From contig CAJFCJ010000016.1 in the NCBI GenBank assembly GCA_904063045.1, forward strand, positions 248,001 through 312,000: DNA of 64,000 nt. The letters are read 5' to 3'. The notes beneath the pieces are model-generated. The model was given only the letters and a program-made list of their open reading frames with translations. It was not told the origin of the DNA and made no database searches. Position 1 is the first letter of the stretch; every line of letters begins with the position of its first letter. A program made the position numbers and the translations under genes. This document shows, in pieces, positions 50,994 to 64,000 of the stretch. Source of the DNA: Dimorphilus gyrociliatus (Eukaryota; Animalia; Annelida).

Positions 50994-53900
50994 ATGCTCG
51001 TCCAAGAACCTGTTCAGGTAAGTGAATTATATGTTTATTTTCAATCCACAGCATTTTTTTGTCCACTTCTTGTTATTTTCACTGTACGTGTTAGTACTCG
51101 TTTGTGTTTATCGGAAAAAAAATCTTGGAAATTTATAATCTGCCCTTTGCAGGTTCTTCTTTGGAATTGTTTGAACAACTATGCTTATAGAGACGCCATA
51201 TTTATCGCGGAGAGGTTGAACGCTGAAGGTAATTAAATTTTAGCTCATCTTTTTTGGTCATGTATGATGCATCAAACTCTTTATTAAATTAAAGATCAGA
51301 CCCAAAAGTTGCATTTTACGACTAACTAACATAAATATAATTTATTAGGTTTTTCCGAGCTTTTTGAATAAAATTTTTAGCTTAAATTACAAATTAATTC
51401 TTGTATGATAGATTAGCGATAATAACTTAAAAGCTCTTACATTTATACTCTAGTTCTTACTATTGTGTGTAATAAACTGGCTAAAAGAGTTCAAAGCTAC
51501 TTTTTGTCAGCTACAGTACAAAATATTGGATTGGGCATTGCCTGTTTGCGCGAGATGCATTCATAGTGATGTTTGTTAACGGCATCTTAAATATGTTTAA
51601 TTATGGTTTTCTTTTAATTAATTAATATAATTTCTTTTATTTTTTTAGTATTTAATGAAGAAAGTCATTACCTCTTGGCAACTTGCTACTATAGATCGGG
51701 TCAACATGGTAGAGCCTACCACTTTTTAAAAGATGCCAAATTTAATTCTCCAAGAATGAGATATTTAAAAGCGGAATGCTGCTATTCTCTCAAATTGTAA
51801 GGAATTACAATATTAAGAATAATGAATAATTATTTACCTACTTCTTTTAATGAAATTTATTCTGAATAGATACAAAGAAGTGGAAGAGGCTCTATTTGAA
51901 AAATCCTCATCGAGAATCGGTGGATTAGACATAAATAGCGATATGTTCAATGAATTTCAGGAAGTAGACTGTTATGCTATGAACTTATTGGCTCAGGCTT
52001 ACATGTAAACTTAAATTTTAATCAACGTAAATGATACTATTTTTAATTAATATTTCTTTTAAATCTTTTAGAAAGACGAGTGCCTCCGATAAAGCAGTGA
52101 AATTATTTCGTATGTCCTTGAAGAAAAATCCATTTTTATATTCGGCTATTGAGAATTTGTGTCATTTAGGTTTGCAAAAAACATTATATGATTTGAGCTT
52201 AATCCTTCATTAATTTTAACAGCCGCATTTAAAACGGACATAGAAGATATTTTCAAGGTGAACTCAGTTAATGATTTGGCTGCGAATTTATTCCAGAAAC
52301 CACCGAATTCCGTTTGTGCAACTGATGCAAGTAGTTTGTTCTCAACGTTTTCAACCAATAAAAAAGAGAGTGAAGTAATTATTTTTTATAATTCGCTCTT
52401 TTCGGTTGAAAAGTATTACCTTATTAGTATATATATAATTATATCTTTACCTTAAACCAGCAGATTATTAAACCTATGGTACCTCGAAGCCGTCCAACCG
52501 AAACGACAAACCATCCAAATATAGAACAACGATGCTTGAGAAGTCGCAAGAGCAACTCAAGATCAACACCCAACACTACCCTACATTCATCGGTACCTCC
52601 GCCTCCGCCTAGAAAGCAAACTGTTCGACGGAATGCTTTACATATAGATAAAACCGATCAATTAAAGACTCCTAAACAAGTTGTAGATTTCGAAAAATTT
52701 TTAGAACTGGAAAGACCTAAACCAACTTTTGGCCATTTACCTTTAGAATTAACGCCTAGTCCTTGTGGTCCTAGTCAGGCGTTTATAACGCCACCCGTGG
52801 GCGTTGCTCTTATGGAAAAATCTCCTATAATTGCAAACGATGCTATTGGACAGAGAAGGACCAGAAAGAAGGTAATAAATTTATTGTTCTCCTTTCTAAA
52901 AGTAGGGATTACAGAGGTAAAATAGTTGTGATCTAAGAAGTTGAAAAACATTATCAAATTCTGTGCTATTGTCTAACGAAATGTTTTCATAATCCAGTTA
53001 TTGGTAGAAAAATCACCACAAAGAACAATAAATCAAAATATCGATGAGAAAAAGATGGATTTGGATCACAATAACGATTGGTAAATATTTTTTTGAAACA
53101 AAATTGGTATTTGAATATTTATACGATCGGTTTCATTTTAGTATTATGCAACAAGAAACAATGCCTTTAAGAAGATCCAGTCGCTTATTAAATCCAGTTA
53201 ACAACAATGTCATAAATGAGAATACTAAATCAATTAATAAGAAATCGTCTCGAATAAATACTAGAAAATTAAAGAACACTGTCAGTAGCCTTTCATCAAA
53301 TACGACTAAAAACGAACATAGGTAAGTTTATCAATTGGTAATATATTTTAAATTGAATTTCTATATTTAATCTATATCTATTTTTTTGGAATGTTAGTAC
53401 AACAATAAAGCCTCTGAGAGATACCATCGATATTGTTAGATCCAGATCAAATTCTCAATTATCATCATTTTCTGAAACAAACATTGCTGAGTCAACCGAT
53501 GCCATGAATGCGGTTCAAAACCATCTCATTCAGTGGCAAAAGAAAGACTTAGGTTGGATTATTTTTTTAAAAAACTTGAAAATATTTTCTTAATGTAATA
53601 ATTTTTCATATTTAACAATTAGAAAATCTCTTGCATCTATTTAAGCAAGTAGCGTCCATAATCTTGTCATTAGGACGTTATAAACCTCATGATACTGTCA
53701 AGTTGATTAAGAGTTTACCAGCACATCATCTAAATACACCCTGGACATATTATCAGTATGGAAGGGCTCATTATCTTTTGGCAGAGTATGACTTGGTAGA
53801 TATTATACTTTTTTAAGTTTAACTTTTCAATTACATCTAACTAATAAATTTATGACTGCTTTCTAGTCTAGAGAAGCTTTCCAAATTATGCTCGAGTTTG

Positions 53901-55562
53901 ATAAAGTTTATATAGATGGAATTGATATTTATAGTTCAGTTTTGTGGCATTTAAATATGGAGCACACTCTATCATCGATTTGTCATTTTATGGGTAAATG
54001 GGCACCCGAAGCCAAGCAGGTATGATTTTTCGATGTTTATACTCTATAAATGATTTGAAATATTGTTATTTTTCAGACTTGGTTAGCTCATGGTAATTGT
54101 TTTAGCGTACAAAAAGATCATGCAACAGCAATGAAATTTTTTAGACGGGCAAAACAGGTTTTAAACTTTCATCAAGGTCGTTAATATATTACTATAATAT
54201 ATGCTTTTTTTTCACCGTCCCCTCCCCTTTTGCGCCACCTCACCTAAAGATCGATGAGCATTACTATTATGCTTATACGCTAATGGGACACGACTACATG
54301 GTAACCGACGAATTGGAGTCGGCTTTAGAATCTTTTAGAAAAGCTTTGGAAATTGATTCTAAGCATTTTTACGCTCGGTACGTTATTTTCCATTTCATTA
54401 ATGTAATTTGTTATAAGAGATCTATGCCTTTTCAACAAATTGCAAATTATAGATACTTTTTACCTTAAATATTTCATTGACCTAATTAGGAATTCCTTGA
54501 GAAGATGCTTTCGAACTAATTTTTTAATCATTCTAAAACTGATTTTGTAAACACAGCCAAATATTAGTCTTTTTAAATAGATCTAGTGCATTATTTCCTG
54601 GAAATGAGTGTTGCTTCTATAGATTTTTTTTTATTTAGGTTTAGTATTGGGTCTGTTTATTATAAACAAGAGAAATTCACTGAAGCTGAATTTGAGTATC
54701 GGGAAGCTCTTAAAATATTTCCTACATGCATTTCTTTACTTTGTCAATACGGAATGGTTAGTATATTTTTATATATGTACTCTGTTCTTATTTCACCTAA
54801 ATATTCTGTTAACCTAAATAACAGACTTTACATCATCTACATCGTTCAGAGGAGGCTCTACTTCATTTAGAAAGAGGCATTGAGCTAAATCCGAATCATC
54901 CCTTATGCAAATATCATAAAGCCACTGTTCTAGTTGCGTTAAACCGATTGGATGTAAGTATAACGTTTAATAATTCAAAGCATGAAGCATATATTTTATC
55001 TCATGTTTAAGTTTTCGAATTATGATATTTACTTTGTTAACAGAGTGCGTTAGAACTTTTAGAAAATCTCAAAAATATGGTACCAAAAGAAAGCGCAGTG
55101 TTCTATTTAATAAGCCACGTGAGTTGAAAGACATAACATTACGAAATGGATTATCAAACAGAGTATTATTGTTAATATTTTTTTATATAAAAACATTAGA
55201 TATTTAAACAAAAGGACGATTGTGTTAAATCCGCAATGTATCTGAGTTGGGCTAACGATTTGGATCCCAAAGGAGCAGCCAGTTATGTTAAAGATTTGGC
55301 AGATCGTAGGAAATTTCAGGATTTCACCATTGAAGGTAAATTAAATAATACAATTCAACGATATAAAATATATTTGACTGTTCAAAAGAAAATTTAACTA
55401 TTTTTTATTACTTTATTTATAACAAATTTAGACTCAAATGGTTTGGATGAGCATGATGTTTTGGATGGGGAGAGCCAAGTTTCAGACATGGAATCAGACG
55501 CTTCTTCTATAGAGATCGTTGGTCCGTTAGGTGAAGATGATGACGAGTTTGATGAAGAATAA
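50994..55562 (+). CDS. CDC27: Cell division cycle 27 / APC3, multi-exon
   Basis: MLVQEPVQ|VLLWNCLNNYAYRDAIFIAERL, LATCYYRSG, TPRs (GNCFSVQKDH, YAYTLMGHDY), PKES, WANDLDPKG and an acidic tail. Confidence 0.96.
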
Positions 55563-56034
55563 AAAAAAAGAAGAATGATATATGTTTTTATATTATTAAA
55601 CTAAACTTCAATCCGTAGGCTTGTTTTAAAAGTATTTATACATTGGACATACATAACATCTGCCTATTTATAAATTGAATTGAAAAGTAGAATTAGTTTA
55701 ATTATTGAATAAACCGTAAGTCATGAAAATAGTAATTACGTAAGATGCCTCCAAGGAGGCAACAGCACCTTCCGTATACTATAACGATACGTTCTATTCC
55801 AACGAAAACTGGTAAAAGAGAAAGGGATTATTAAATATTTTACCAATATCAGGTGAAGGCCACAGTCTGAATCGGCAGATTTGCATTTTTACGCCTTCCT
55901 AATGATAGTTTAGTAGAAATTTTGACTTATAATCTAAGAAGAGTATTTAGCTTAGTTGAATTTTAAAAATTGGGCTATTGTCAGAAAGCAGTAAAAATTA
56001 TTTTAGATTTTTTTAGTCATCTAATTTCCGCTTG

Positions 56035-58476
56035 ATGATGAATTCACTAGAAGGAAAGCTGTTAAAATGGACCAATTACATAAATGGTGAGATAATATTG
56101 TATAATATTTTATTATAATTATTTTGTTTTATTAATGTATTGTAAAATCTAATGATAAGTCTTATATAATCTAGTAGTAATAATTAGCTCTATCAAACTG
56201 TTAAGAATTCTGACACAATCATCAGATTTACGGGCTCTATAACTAAATTTTATCTAGAGCTTTACAAGGTCTTTTATAATTGATAACAAATATCTTTGAA
56301 TGCACTCTACAAAGATTTATTTAGGTTATCGCGATAGTTTAAACTGTGAGCTTTCATTTTCGATACATTCTTATTGAAAACTCTAATCAATAAGATAAAC
56401 TTGAACAGATTCTGTCAGATATTTGTAAGATTTTCTGAACAATTCAAAATAAAAAAAGAATAAACACGAGTAATAATTGACATAAAAAAAGCATCAAGTA
56501 CTAAATACTATATATAAATACAGTATTGTAACTTATAGAGTATAAACTATATACTAAATAAAGTTCATATAGACTTATTATTCAATCAATAGCCGCTATG
56601 TTTGATAAGTATGGAACAGATGTTTGTGTTTTAACAATTCTGCAAAATTGCTTCCGTGTAGCCTCATTTCTTTCTAAAACTATAATATTTAATTAAAAAC
56701 AAATTGTGTGCCTTTACTAGGCTGGCAGCCCAGATGGTTCGTTCTAAAAGGAGGCATATTGTCTTATTACCATTCTCGAGATGATATTAATCTGGGATGC
56801 AGGGGAGCTCTCAAAGTAAGATTATATATTTAATTCTCCTCATTCGTAAACAACTTTTCACAACATAAACTCTTTTACATATTGAACAAAAAATAGGTAT
56901 CAGCTTGTGACGTATCACCACATTCCAAAGATCAGCTACGGTTGGATATCACCATTCCAGGGGAAGCTTATTTGTATGTTAGAGCAGCTGACGCAAAAGA
57001 AAAACAAAAATGGTTAGTGGCGTTGGGAAGTTCAAAAGCCAATGCAGACAGCCAAGCAAATGTTCCTAACCCAATTGAAGAAGATGAAAAGATAAAAGGC
57101 AAAAAATCAGAACTAAAGTTCTATTGCGATCTTTTAATAGAGCAAGCATATAGAATAAGAGATTCTTCGGCGCCTATCAGTAATAATCATAATACGGAAA
57201 CAAATGAAGATCGCGAGAATGATTTGGACGAAATGGCCAGAACGTTAAATGTTACTTGCGATAATTTTGTAGCAACATTGGACGAAATAATGAAATTGGC
57301 AACAACCAAAAGAGGAGGAAAAAAGTATTCTACACCGAAGAAAACAAGATCACCATCGGGCAATGAACATTTGTTAAAAATATCACCATCAACAGAATCA
57401 AGTAGGGGATACGACCAACCTCATTCGTCCACTAATGATAGGCCTAGTGATACTGAATCTTTATCGAGCGATAAAGGTTGTAGCAGTGGAACGTTCTTTT
57501 CAGAAGTTAATAAGAAGTCAGTGAACTTTGATTTATTTTTTTAATATTCTACTTTTCATTCAATCTTTAATAGAATAATGTGCTGATATAATACCATTTA
57601 TTTTTAAGGTTGGGAAAGATCATTGAGGGAAATCTAGTGATCACGAAGCATTTTTTAGATATTTGCGATGAGACACTAAACTTATACGGTTTGTTTATTA
57701 TTTTTATATCATTATAAATGTAACTTACTATTTGAATAGATTCCCATTTTGCGTCCCTTCCGTTTCCTTTCCTCTTTATCTTCTTTTCCCTTTATATGTT
57801 TTTTTACTCTATATTTCTTTATTTCCCCCTTCTTACCAAATATTTATAATCGTTTATGTTTTAAATTTTTTTATTCATTTTTAAATTTGCAGATAAATTA
57901 AATCCCTCAACATTCACACCGATAAAAATGGAAGTTTCTGGAAATATTGAGGTATATACATTGTATATGTCTTTTTAATTGCAAATAATAAATATATATG
58001 TAGATATATCTATATATTCTTTTTATTAGAAAATTCGTGAGAAATATTCTACGGATCCATTAAATTTTGAAAGCATTCAGAGTATGATCGAAAAAGAAAT
58101 TGCGGCTAAACAAGCTAAACTGCAAAATTCCGCAACAGAAGCCATTATTTTTGTGACTCGTTCGTTACATTTTCTGCAGCTTTTTACAAACGAGATAACC
58201 GTCAACGACAGCCATTTTAGTGCTCAAAGGGCTTACGTATTAGCATTAAAACCATATCACGGTTTAGTAGCTCGACAAGTTTATTCCGTAGCCATAAATA
58301 GTGTAGTTAATAAAAGGGAATTCAATAATAGTATAATTTATGGAGATGAATCAAAAGTTGGTGACTTATTGAACGACACTCTGAAATACTTTTCAACAAA
58401 TGTCGCTGTGATTGTAAAAAACCTGTATAGCTTTTTCGAAGAAAAGAAACTTTATGAAACTGTCGGCATTCAATAA
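56035..58476 (+). CDS. PLEKHA8: FAPP2-like PH + GLTP lipid-transfer protein
   Basis: [14 protein letters not shown]|[33 protein letters not shown] and GLTP-domain NSATEA...KPYHG. Confidence 0.9.
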
Positions 58477-58633
58477 AATTAATGCTAAAACTAATAACAT
58501 CACTAACCAAGAACAATGACAACTAACTTTTATACTAGATACTAAAATACAAATAAAGGAAAGAAAAAAAAAGACTGAAGAATTGTTAATTTCTCAAATA
58601 AGCAGCGATGATAATTAAAATATTAGAAAATTC

Positions 58634-58637
<4 letters not shown>

Positions 58638-58673
<36 letters not shown>

Positions 58674-58742
58674 TAGATAAACAGAGAAAGATAGAGAGAG
58701 AAAAGGAGGAAAAAAGGAGAGAGGCAGTGAAAAAAAAAGAGA
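58638..58742. repeat. (GA)n microsatellite decaying into a purine-rich tract
   Basis: Perfect GA run at 58638-58664, then degenerate. Confidence 0.9.
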
Positions 58743-59464
58743 AAGTTTTGGAAATAAATCTTGATTTCTTCTTCCGGTCTTTTTTATTTATTTTCTTTTT
58801 TTGACATGTCATACATTAATATTTCTAAATTTGTTTCTTGTTTAAAGTAAAATGGTATATATATATATATATATGTACAAATACAGTATATATAAAGTAT
58901 TTATGTTACACGGGTAGGGACTCTTTTCTAGACAGTAAGTTCAAGACTAATTTGGTATTATATTCAATTTTTAAGCGTTTTATTCTTTTAGACGTTTTAT
59001 TTTCTAAATCTAAATATAACTTGTTGAAAATAAAACATTTTATAGAAACAATAAAGCCTAAGAGAATTATGTCTACATAATGACCTATCTGGAACTCAAT
59101 TGTCCAGAAAACAGTTCTGACTTATATATATACAGCATATATATACAGTATATATATATATTACGTAAACAAATGTTAATTTATCTAAAGCGTAAATAGA
59201 TATATGTAAAAATTTTATTGAAAATAAAGGAATACAGAAGATATATTGAAAGCTTAAAATTTTTAATCTACTTACTTTTTCTCATCTTTCTTCTTATCTT
59301 ATCATTTAAAAATCATCATATTTCATTGATAATAATCTATCAAAACTATAGTTCTATATTACATATATATATAATAAGATATTTAAAGTCTAGTTTTCAG
59401 TGAATTTAAATATTTTTGACTAGAAATATTTGATTTAAAAATAGAATTAAAAGAATAAAAAACT

Positions 59465-61088
59465 ATGATAATTAGAAAACTTATTTTCGTATTTTTCTTA
59501 TTAAATAAAAGCAAAGATTGTGCGAAAGTATTAAAGTATTGTTTAAAATTTGATAATAAATACGTTAATTGCAAATTTTAGTAAGTTGTATAAATATTTA
59601 CATTATTAATAATGATGAAGAAAGAAGAGAAATAGAGGAATATGTAGCATTACATTATATCTTACTATATATGTATATCTTTATATATACTGTAAATATA
59701 TATATATTCTTTTCTTATAGCGATAATTCTACAATTACTTGTTTAAAGAATGACAATGTTAATTCAGATTTGGGAGAACATCGAGTTTGCTCATCTAACT
59801 ACTATAATATAAGATTATCTTGCTTTAATGAAATGTATTATGGAATGGAAGACAAAAGTAAACTTATTTTACAAGTTGATTATAATACAACTAATTTACA
59901 GGAACTTGAATATAAATTAGAGAGTTATAATCCTAAAATATTAATATCGAATTGTTATAATGTCTATATTCAAGTAATAGCGAAATCTCTGCATTTACAA
60001 ATTGAATATGTAAACTCTTTAAGCATAAATCAAGATTCTCTAGCAAAACTATGCGCCATTGAATCAGTTAAAGTAACTTATCTAAAATTTAAGTATATTG
60101 ATAAGAAGGATAGTTGTACCAAGTTAATTGATATACTGGATTTAGAGAAATGTAATTCAATAGGGAAATTTCGAATATATAAATATTTAGAATTCCGAAT
60201 AAAGAGCGTAACCGAAACAAGATATAATTTAAATTTATATAAATTGTTAAGATATTATGAGTTTGCATTGGATTCAATTGTTAATTTCATTGGTTTTCCT
60301 AATTTTAGTTACAAGAATAAAAATTTCTTGGATGATTTTACAAAAATTATTCAATCAAGACTCTATACAATGTAATAAATATATACAGTATATATATATA
60401 TATATGTATATACATACGTATGTTCTAAAAATAGACCAAAGATAAAACTAGAAGTTATTGGAAGATGTCGACACTGGTTGGATGTTGAATACTTTTGTAC
60501 GCTTAGGAAAAGTCATATAAGAGTAAGAGATCTTTGGAAAAGTGGAAAGAAAATATGCCCAGATGCAATATTAACTGAAACCGATCACTCTTATCAAAAG
60601 ATAAAAATTATGAATAATTACGAAGTTTCTACTAAAAAATGCTCTAAATTAGCATTTCCAACACTTCAAACGGACGAATATAGACTCTTCCAAGAAAAGT
60701 ATAACTCGGAAAAAGAGATATGCTCCAGTAAGTTTGAATGATAATTAACTTAAAATCTCTTACAGCCTTCTTATATTTAACACATATTTATGTTCATCTC
60801 TTCTTCTTCTTCTTCTTGTCTATCCCGTTATCAGAGAATATTCGACCGAACGACAAAGAAACAGAGAGTAGTACAGATTTTCTTATGTACATAGGCCTAT
60901 TATGTTTGATTGGCGTACTATGTATTATTGCGGCTGCTTTGTGTTGCTACCTCAAGAATAAGAAGGAAGAAGGACTAGGAGAAGATCATAAAAGACAACA
61001 GAAACCTCCAAATAAGCATATTCCACGTCAGCACCACAGTTCTTTGAAACGACCTCCCGCGTATGAATACGAATATGCTTATTATTGA
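59465..61088 (+). CDS. Orphan type I membrane protein, 4 exons, with a Cys-rich ectodomain and a Tyr-rich tail
   Basis: Signal peptide MIIRKLIFVFFLL, in-frame GT-AG junctions linking ORFs 59569-60375, 60478-60741 and 60738-61088, TM FLMYIGLLCLIGVLCIIAAALCC and tail PPAYEYEYAYY*. Confidence 0.65.
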
Positions 61089-62475
61089 TCATTATTAGTA
61101 TTTCATAATTGAATGAGTTATTCAACAAACGAATGTATCGTAATTAATAAATTTTCGTATTTTTTTCCAAGTTTTTTATTAAATATCTTGAACCTTCAAC
61201 AATTTTATATATTCAATTAATAAAAAGAGAGGAGAATACTAAATTCTTCGTACTTTTGGCATTTTATCTTACTCTTCAAAGAGATTATTAAAATGTAAAA
61301 ATGAAAAACAAAGAAGAAAAAGCAAGAAGGTTGACATAGTAAGATTTCTCTTCTATACCTTTCTCTATATCTCCTTCCACTTTAATCCCTTTTATACTAA
61401 TTCCCTATTTCGAATCAACTTTTGGTTTCTTTTTGTATTTTTTTCGTTTTTGATGAAAAAATTTGGTCTTCTTTATTGCATTTTGTTAATTGAATGTATC
61501 CTTTGTAATAATGTAAATTAAATAAAGATAAAGTAACTTTTCCCCTTCGTAAATTGGTTTGTAGTGTTATTCGTTAAGTATACGAACAGCAAATATATAG
61601 AATTCTTACATACTATTTTAATACGGATAACTGGAAACTCTAATTTCATCCTTTTCTTTGAATATTCCTTTAAAATATTAATTAAATAGGCTTTATTAGT
61701 ATTCTTATAGAATCATTCGAGATTTTAATATACTGGATAGTCTATTCTATCGAATTCCTTTGTGTCAAGGTCAGCTTCTCTCTATTCATCACTACTCTTT
61801 AGTTAAAAAATGACGTTTTTTTTAGTAGTAAGGTTTTAGTTTTAATTATTTATAGAATATCTTTATCTTAAACAAATTAATCTGTTGGAAAGTACGACAT
61901 TGTCAAGTCAAATAACATTATTAATGGCCCTTGATGCGCGTCTATGTTGAATGATCAAGTTGAATAATTAAATCAAGCATATGATCTATTACTGTAGTTA
62001 ATCAGGCGTGTGGATAGCATGTTAAAAAGCATTCAATTTTGTTCAATATAATGTGAAATCACGTTTCTCAAGTTGTTCATTTATTTCATTTTCAATAGAC
62101 AATATAAGTTTTATAGATGTTATGTATATAGTATATATACTGTATATGTACAGTATATCTATATACTGTATATAAATATATGTTTATTACGATATAGAGA
62201 TAATCAAAACTCCACCCCCTTTTCAAGCTAATTACAAAAACGTCTTTTATAAATAAAAATAGCATAGAGCCGAGTATACGATCGAAAAGTAAGGACAAAA
62301 GAAACGTCAGACTGGAAAACTGTTGCAGTTGCGTATATGGTAGATTTTTTTGCAGCTCATTGATTTCGGCTTCTCTTTGAACGGAAGCCAATTGTTCTTG
62401 AATCGGTCGCTACTGTATAATATGCATTTTTCAACAGCTATACGACTTGTCTATAATTTTTTTTTTACTTCAACC

Positions 62476-64000
62476 ATGAACGCCGATACGCCTCGACCGT
62501 CCAGCGCGAGCTCTTCCAGGTAATAATCGTTACGTATTGCATTTATTGCTTGATATTTATATGATATAAGGTATCTTATTTAATATTATAATTTGTTGTT
62601 GTTTACAAGAGTTTTAGAAGAAAATAGGTAAAAATCGTTGAAACTGTTTTGAACATTTCCCTTAGGGGATAATTAATTTAATATACGTTTAAAGATATAA
62701 TTATCAAGTATTTCGTTTGGCTATGTAAATAAGTATATATACGTAGTTTATAGAATAAACAATCTATATACATAAATTGAAAGAATTCACAAATTTTGTT
62801 TGTTTGAACTGTTGAAATTCTTTTCCTTTCTTTTGTGGATTTTTAAGAGTTTAGACTATTTTATACATTATTTTATATTTTATTACGAGAAAGGAGAGAA
62901 TCCATATAAAAAAATTTTCCATTAAATTATTCAAGTAGTGGAATAGAGGACTTGGGACTGAATTGAGTCAATTGACTATGTTACACAATGTATAGTATAA
63001 TAGCGAATATAGGTAAAAGAAGGAAAAAAAAAGCTGTAGCTTTTAGATATTCTCTATCTTAATTTATTATTTAAATAAATGATAGGACAAATCAAAAAAA
63101 TAATAATAAAATACTTGCGATATTTCTCAAAAAAGATCGGGAAGACCGGAAAGGATTAAAAGACTAGTGAACGAAATTGATTTAAGCGATGAAGATGATG
63201 AGGGGGACGCTTGGGAAGATGATAAATTTTTCGAAGAATATTTAAGGAAAAGTAATTATTTAAGGAGGAGAGGAACTCAAGAATCTAATTCTTTATCGGA
63301 TTACGAGAGTGTTGATAATTTTTCTACAACCGTTTCTTGCTGTAGTTATAGATCGATAGAAAAGTTTGTTAAAGATTTAACGTCATCCTTTTCCTTGAAA
63401 AAAGATAAAATACGTGCTATTTATAGTTGGCTAGTTCATAATTACAATAGGGTTGATTGCTGCAGAATTAGAAGAGAACTTACTCTTCTAAAAATGTGCT
63501 CATTAGTAAATATTCAATGTGAAATTGTTCATGGGTATAGGAAATCTGAAAATTTTATTCCTGGAGATAAATTAAATGAATTGTATCGCCATCAATGGAA
63601 CTTAGTGACTTTTGACGACATAAACGGCTTAATAGATGTAAAAACTGCCTTCTCGGAACCGTACGGAATAGATTATTTTTTCCTTACTAAGCCGGAAAAT
63701 CTTATAATTTCTCACCTTCCGGACAAAGTCGAACATCAACTTTTAGCGAATAAAATTAATGAAGAGAAATTTAGAAATTCCATAAGATCTTGGCCTGCAA
63801 AATTTGCTCTTTCAATCAAAACTTTGGCACCTATGGACGGAGTAGGCTTTATCCAAACAAAAACCGGTAAATTTTCTGTAAAACTAAGAGCAAGACGTCA
63901 TAGTTTGTCCAGCACCCTTGTTGTCATAGGCCTACACGGAGAGAAAAGGGTAGATGAGTACGTTGACCATAGAATATCGAATATTGAAGAGGAGGAAGTT
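62476..64000 (+). CDS. Kyphoscoliosis peptidase/hillarin-like transglutaminase-fold protein, partial (runs off the right edge)
   Basis: Exon 1 MNADTPRPSSASSS splices at about 63136 into an open frame with KIRAIYSWL, MCSLVNIQCEIVHGYRK, HQWNLV, LIDV, YFFLTKPE and HQLL. Confidence 0.75.

Noticed and set aside
55700-55900. Micro-ORFs with a 41-43 nt intron-like segment on either strand
   Set aside because: No recognisable product, and it lies in the PLEKHA8 promoter zone.
62092-62391. 99-aa minus-strand ORF
   Set aside because: It starts at TTG, ends in TA-repeat-derived Y/I sequence and overlaps the promoter of the KY-like gene.

Overview
Eukaryotic, AT-rich, very gene-dense animal genomic DNA with short introns (mostly about 45-70 nt) and intergenic gaps of about 150-750 bp. 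The compact architecture resembles a miniaturised invertebrate genome such as the annelid Dimorphilus (inference only). I reconstructed 28 protein-coding genes by hand from splice sites. Most are conserved housekeeping genes: TTF2-like (partial), CLASRP, UFD1, SV2-like MFS transporter, MOSPD2, WDR92, lachesin-like, ACAD9, IST1, LAMTOR1, PEX13, DCAF10, RTCB, DNAJB9, SLC35C1-like, PDE6D, MRPL53, CDC27 and PLEKHA8. PDE6D and MRPL53 have no true exon in the ORF track. The top finding is a 10-exon gene (19318-21290, minus strand) encoding a protein with the nucleotidyltransferase motif set of T4 Rnl1-type ATP-dependent RNA ligases but no end-healing domain, about 7.6 kb from RTCB, which is itself head-to-head with the XBP1 target DNAJB9. 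Other notable items are an ACAD9 lacking its catalytic Glu, an apparent GG-AG intron in UFD1, an ARM-TIR-SAM protein, a BLNK/SLP-76-like SH2 adaptor, a CARD-only protein, an orphan receptor with a Tyr-rich tail, Tc1/mariner-like excision footprints and CTCF-like motifs. I saw no rRNA, tRNA, CRISPR array or intact transposase. All family assignments come from remembered motif and sequence comparison, not from database searches.
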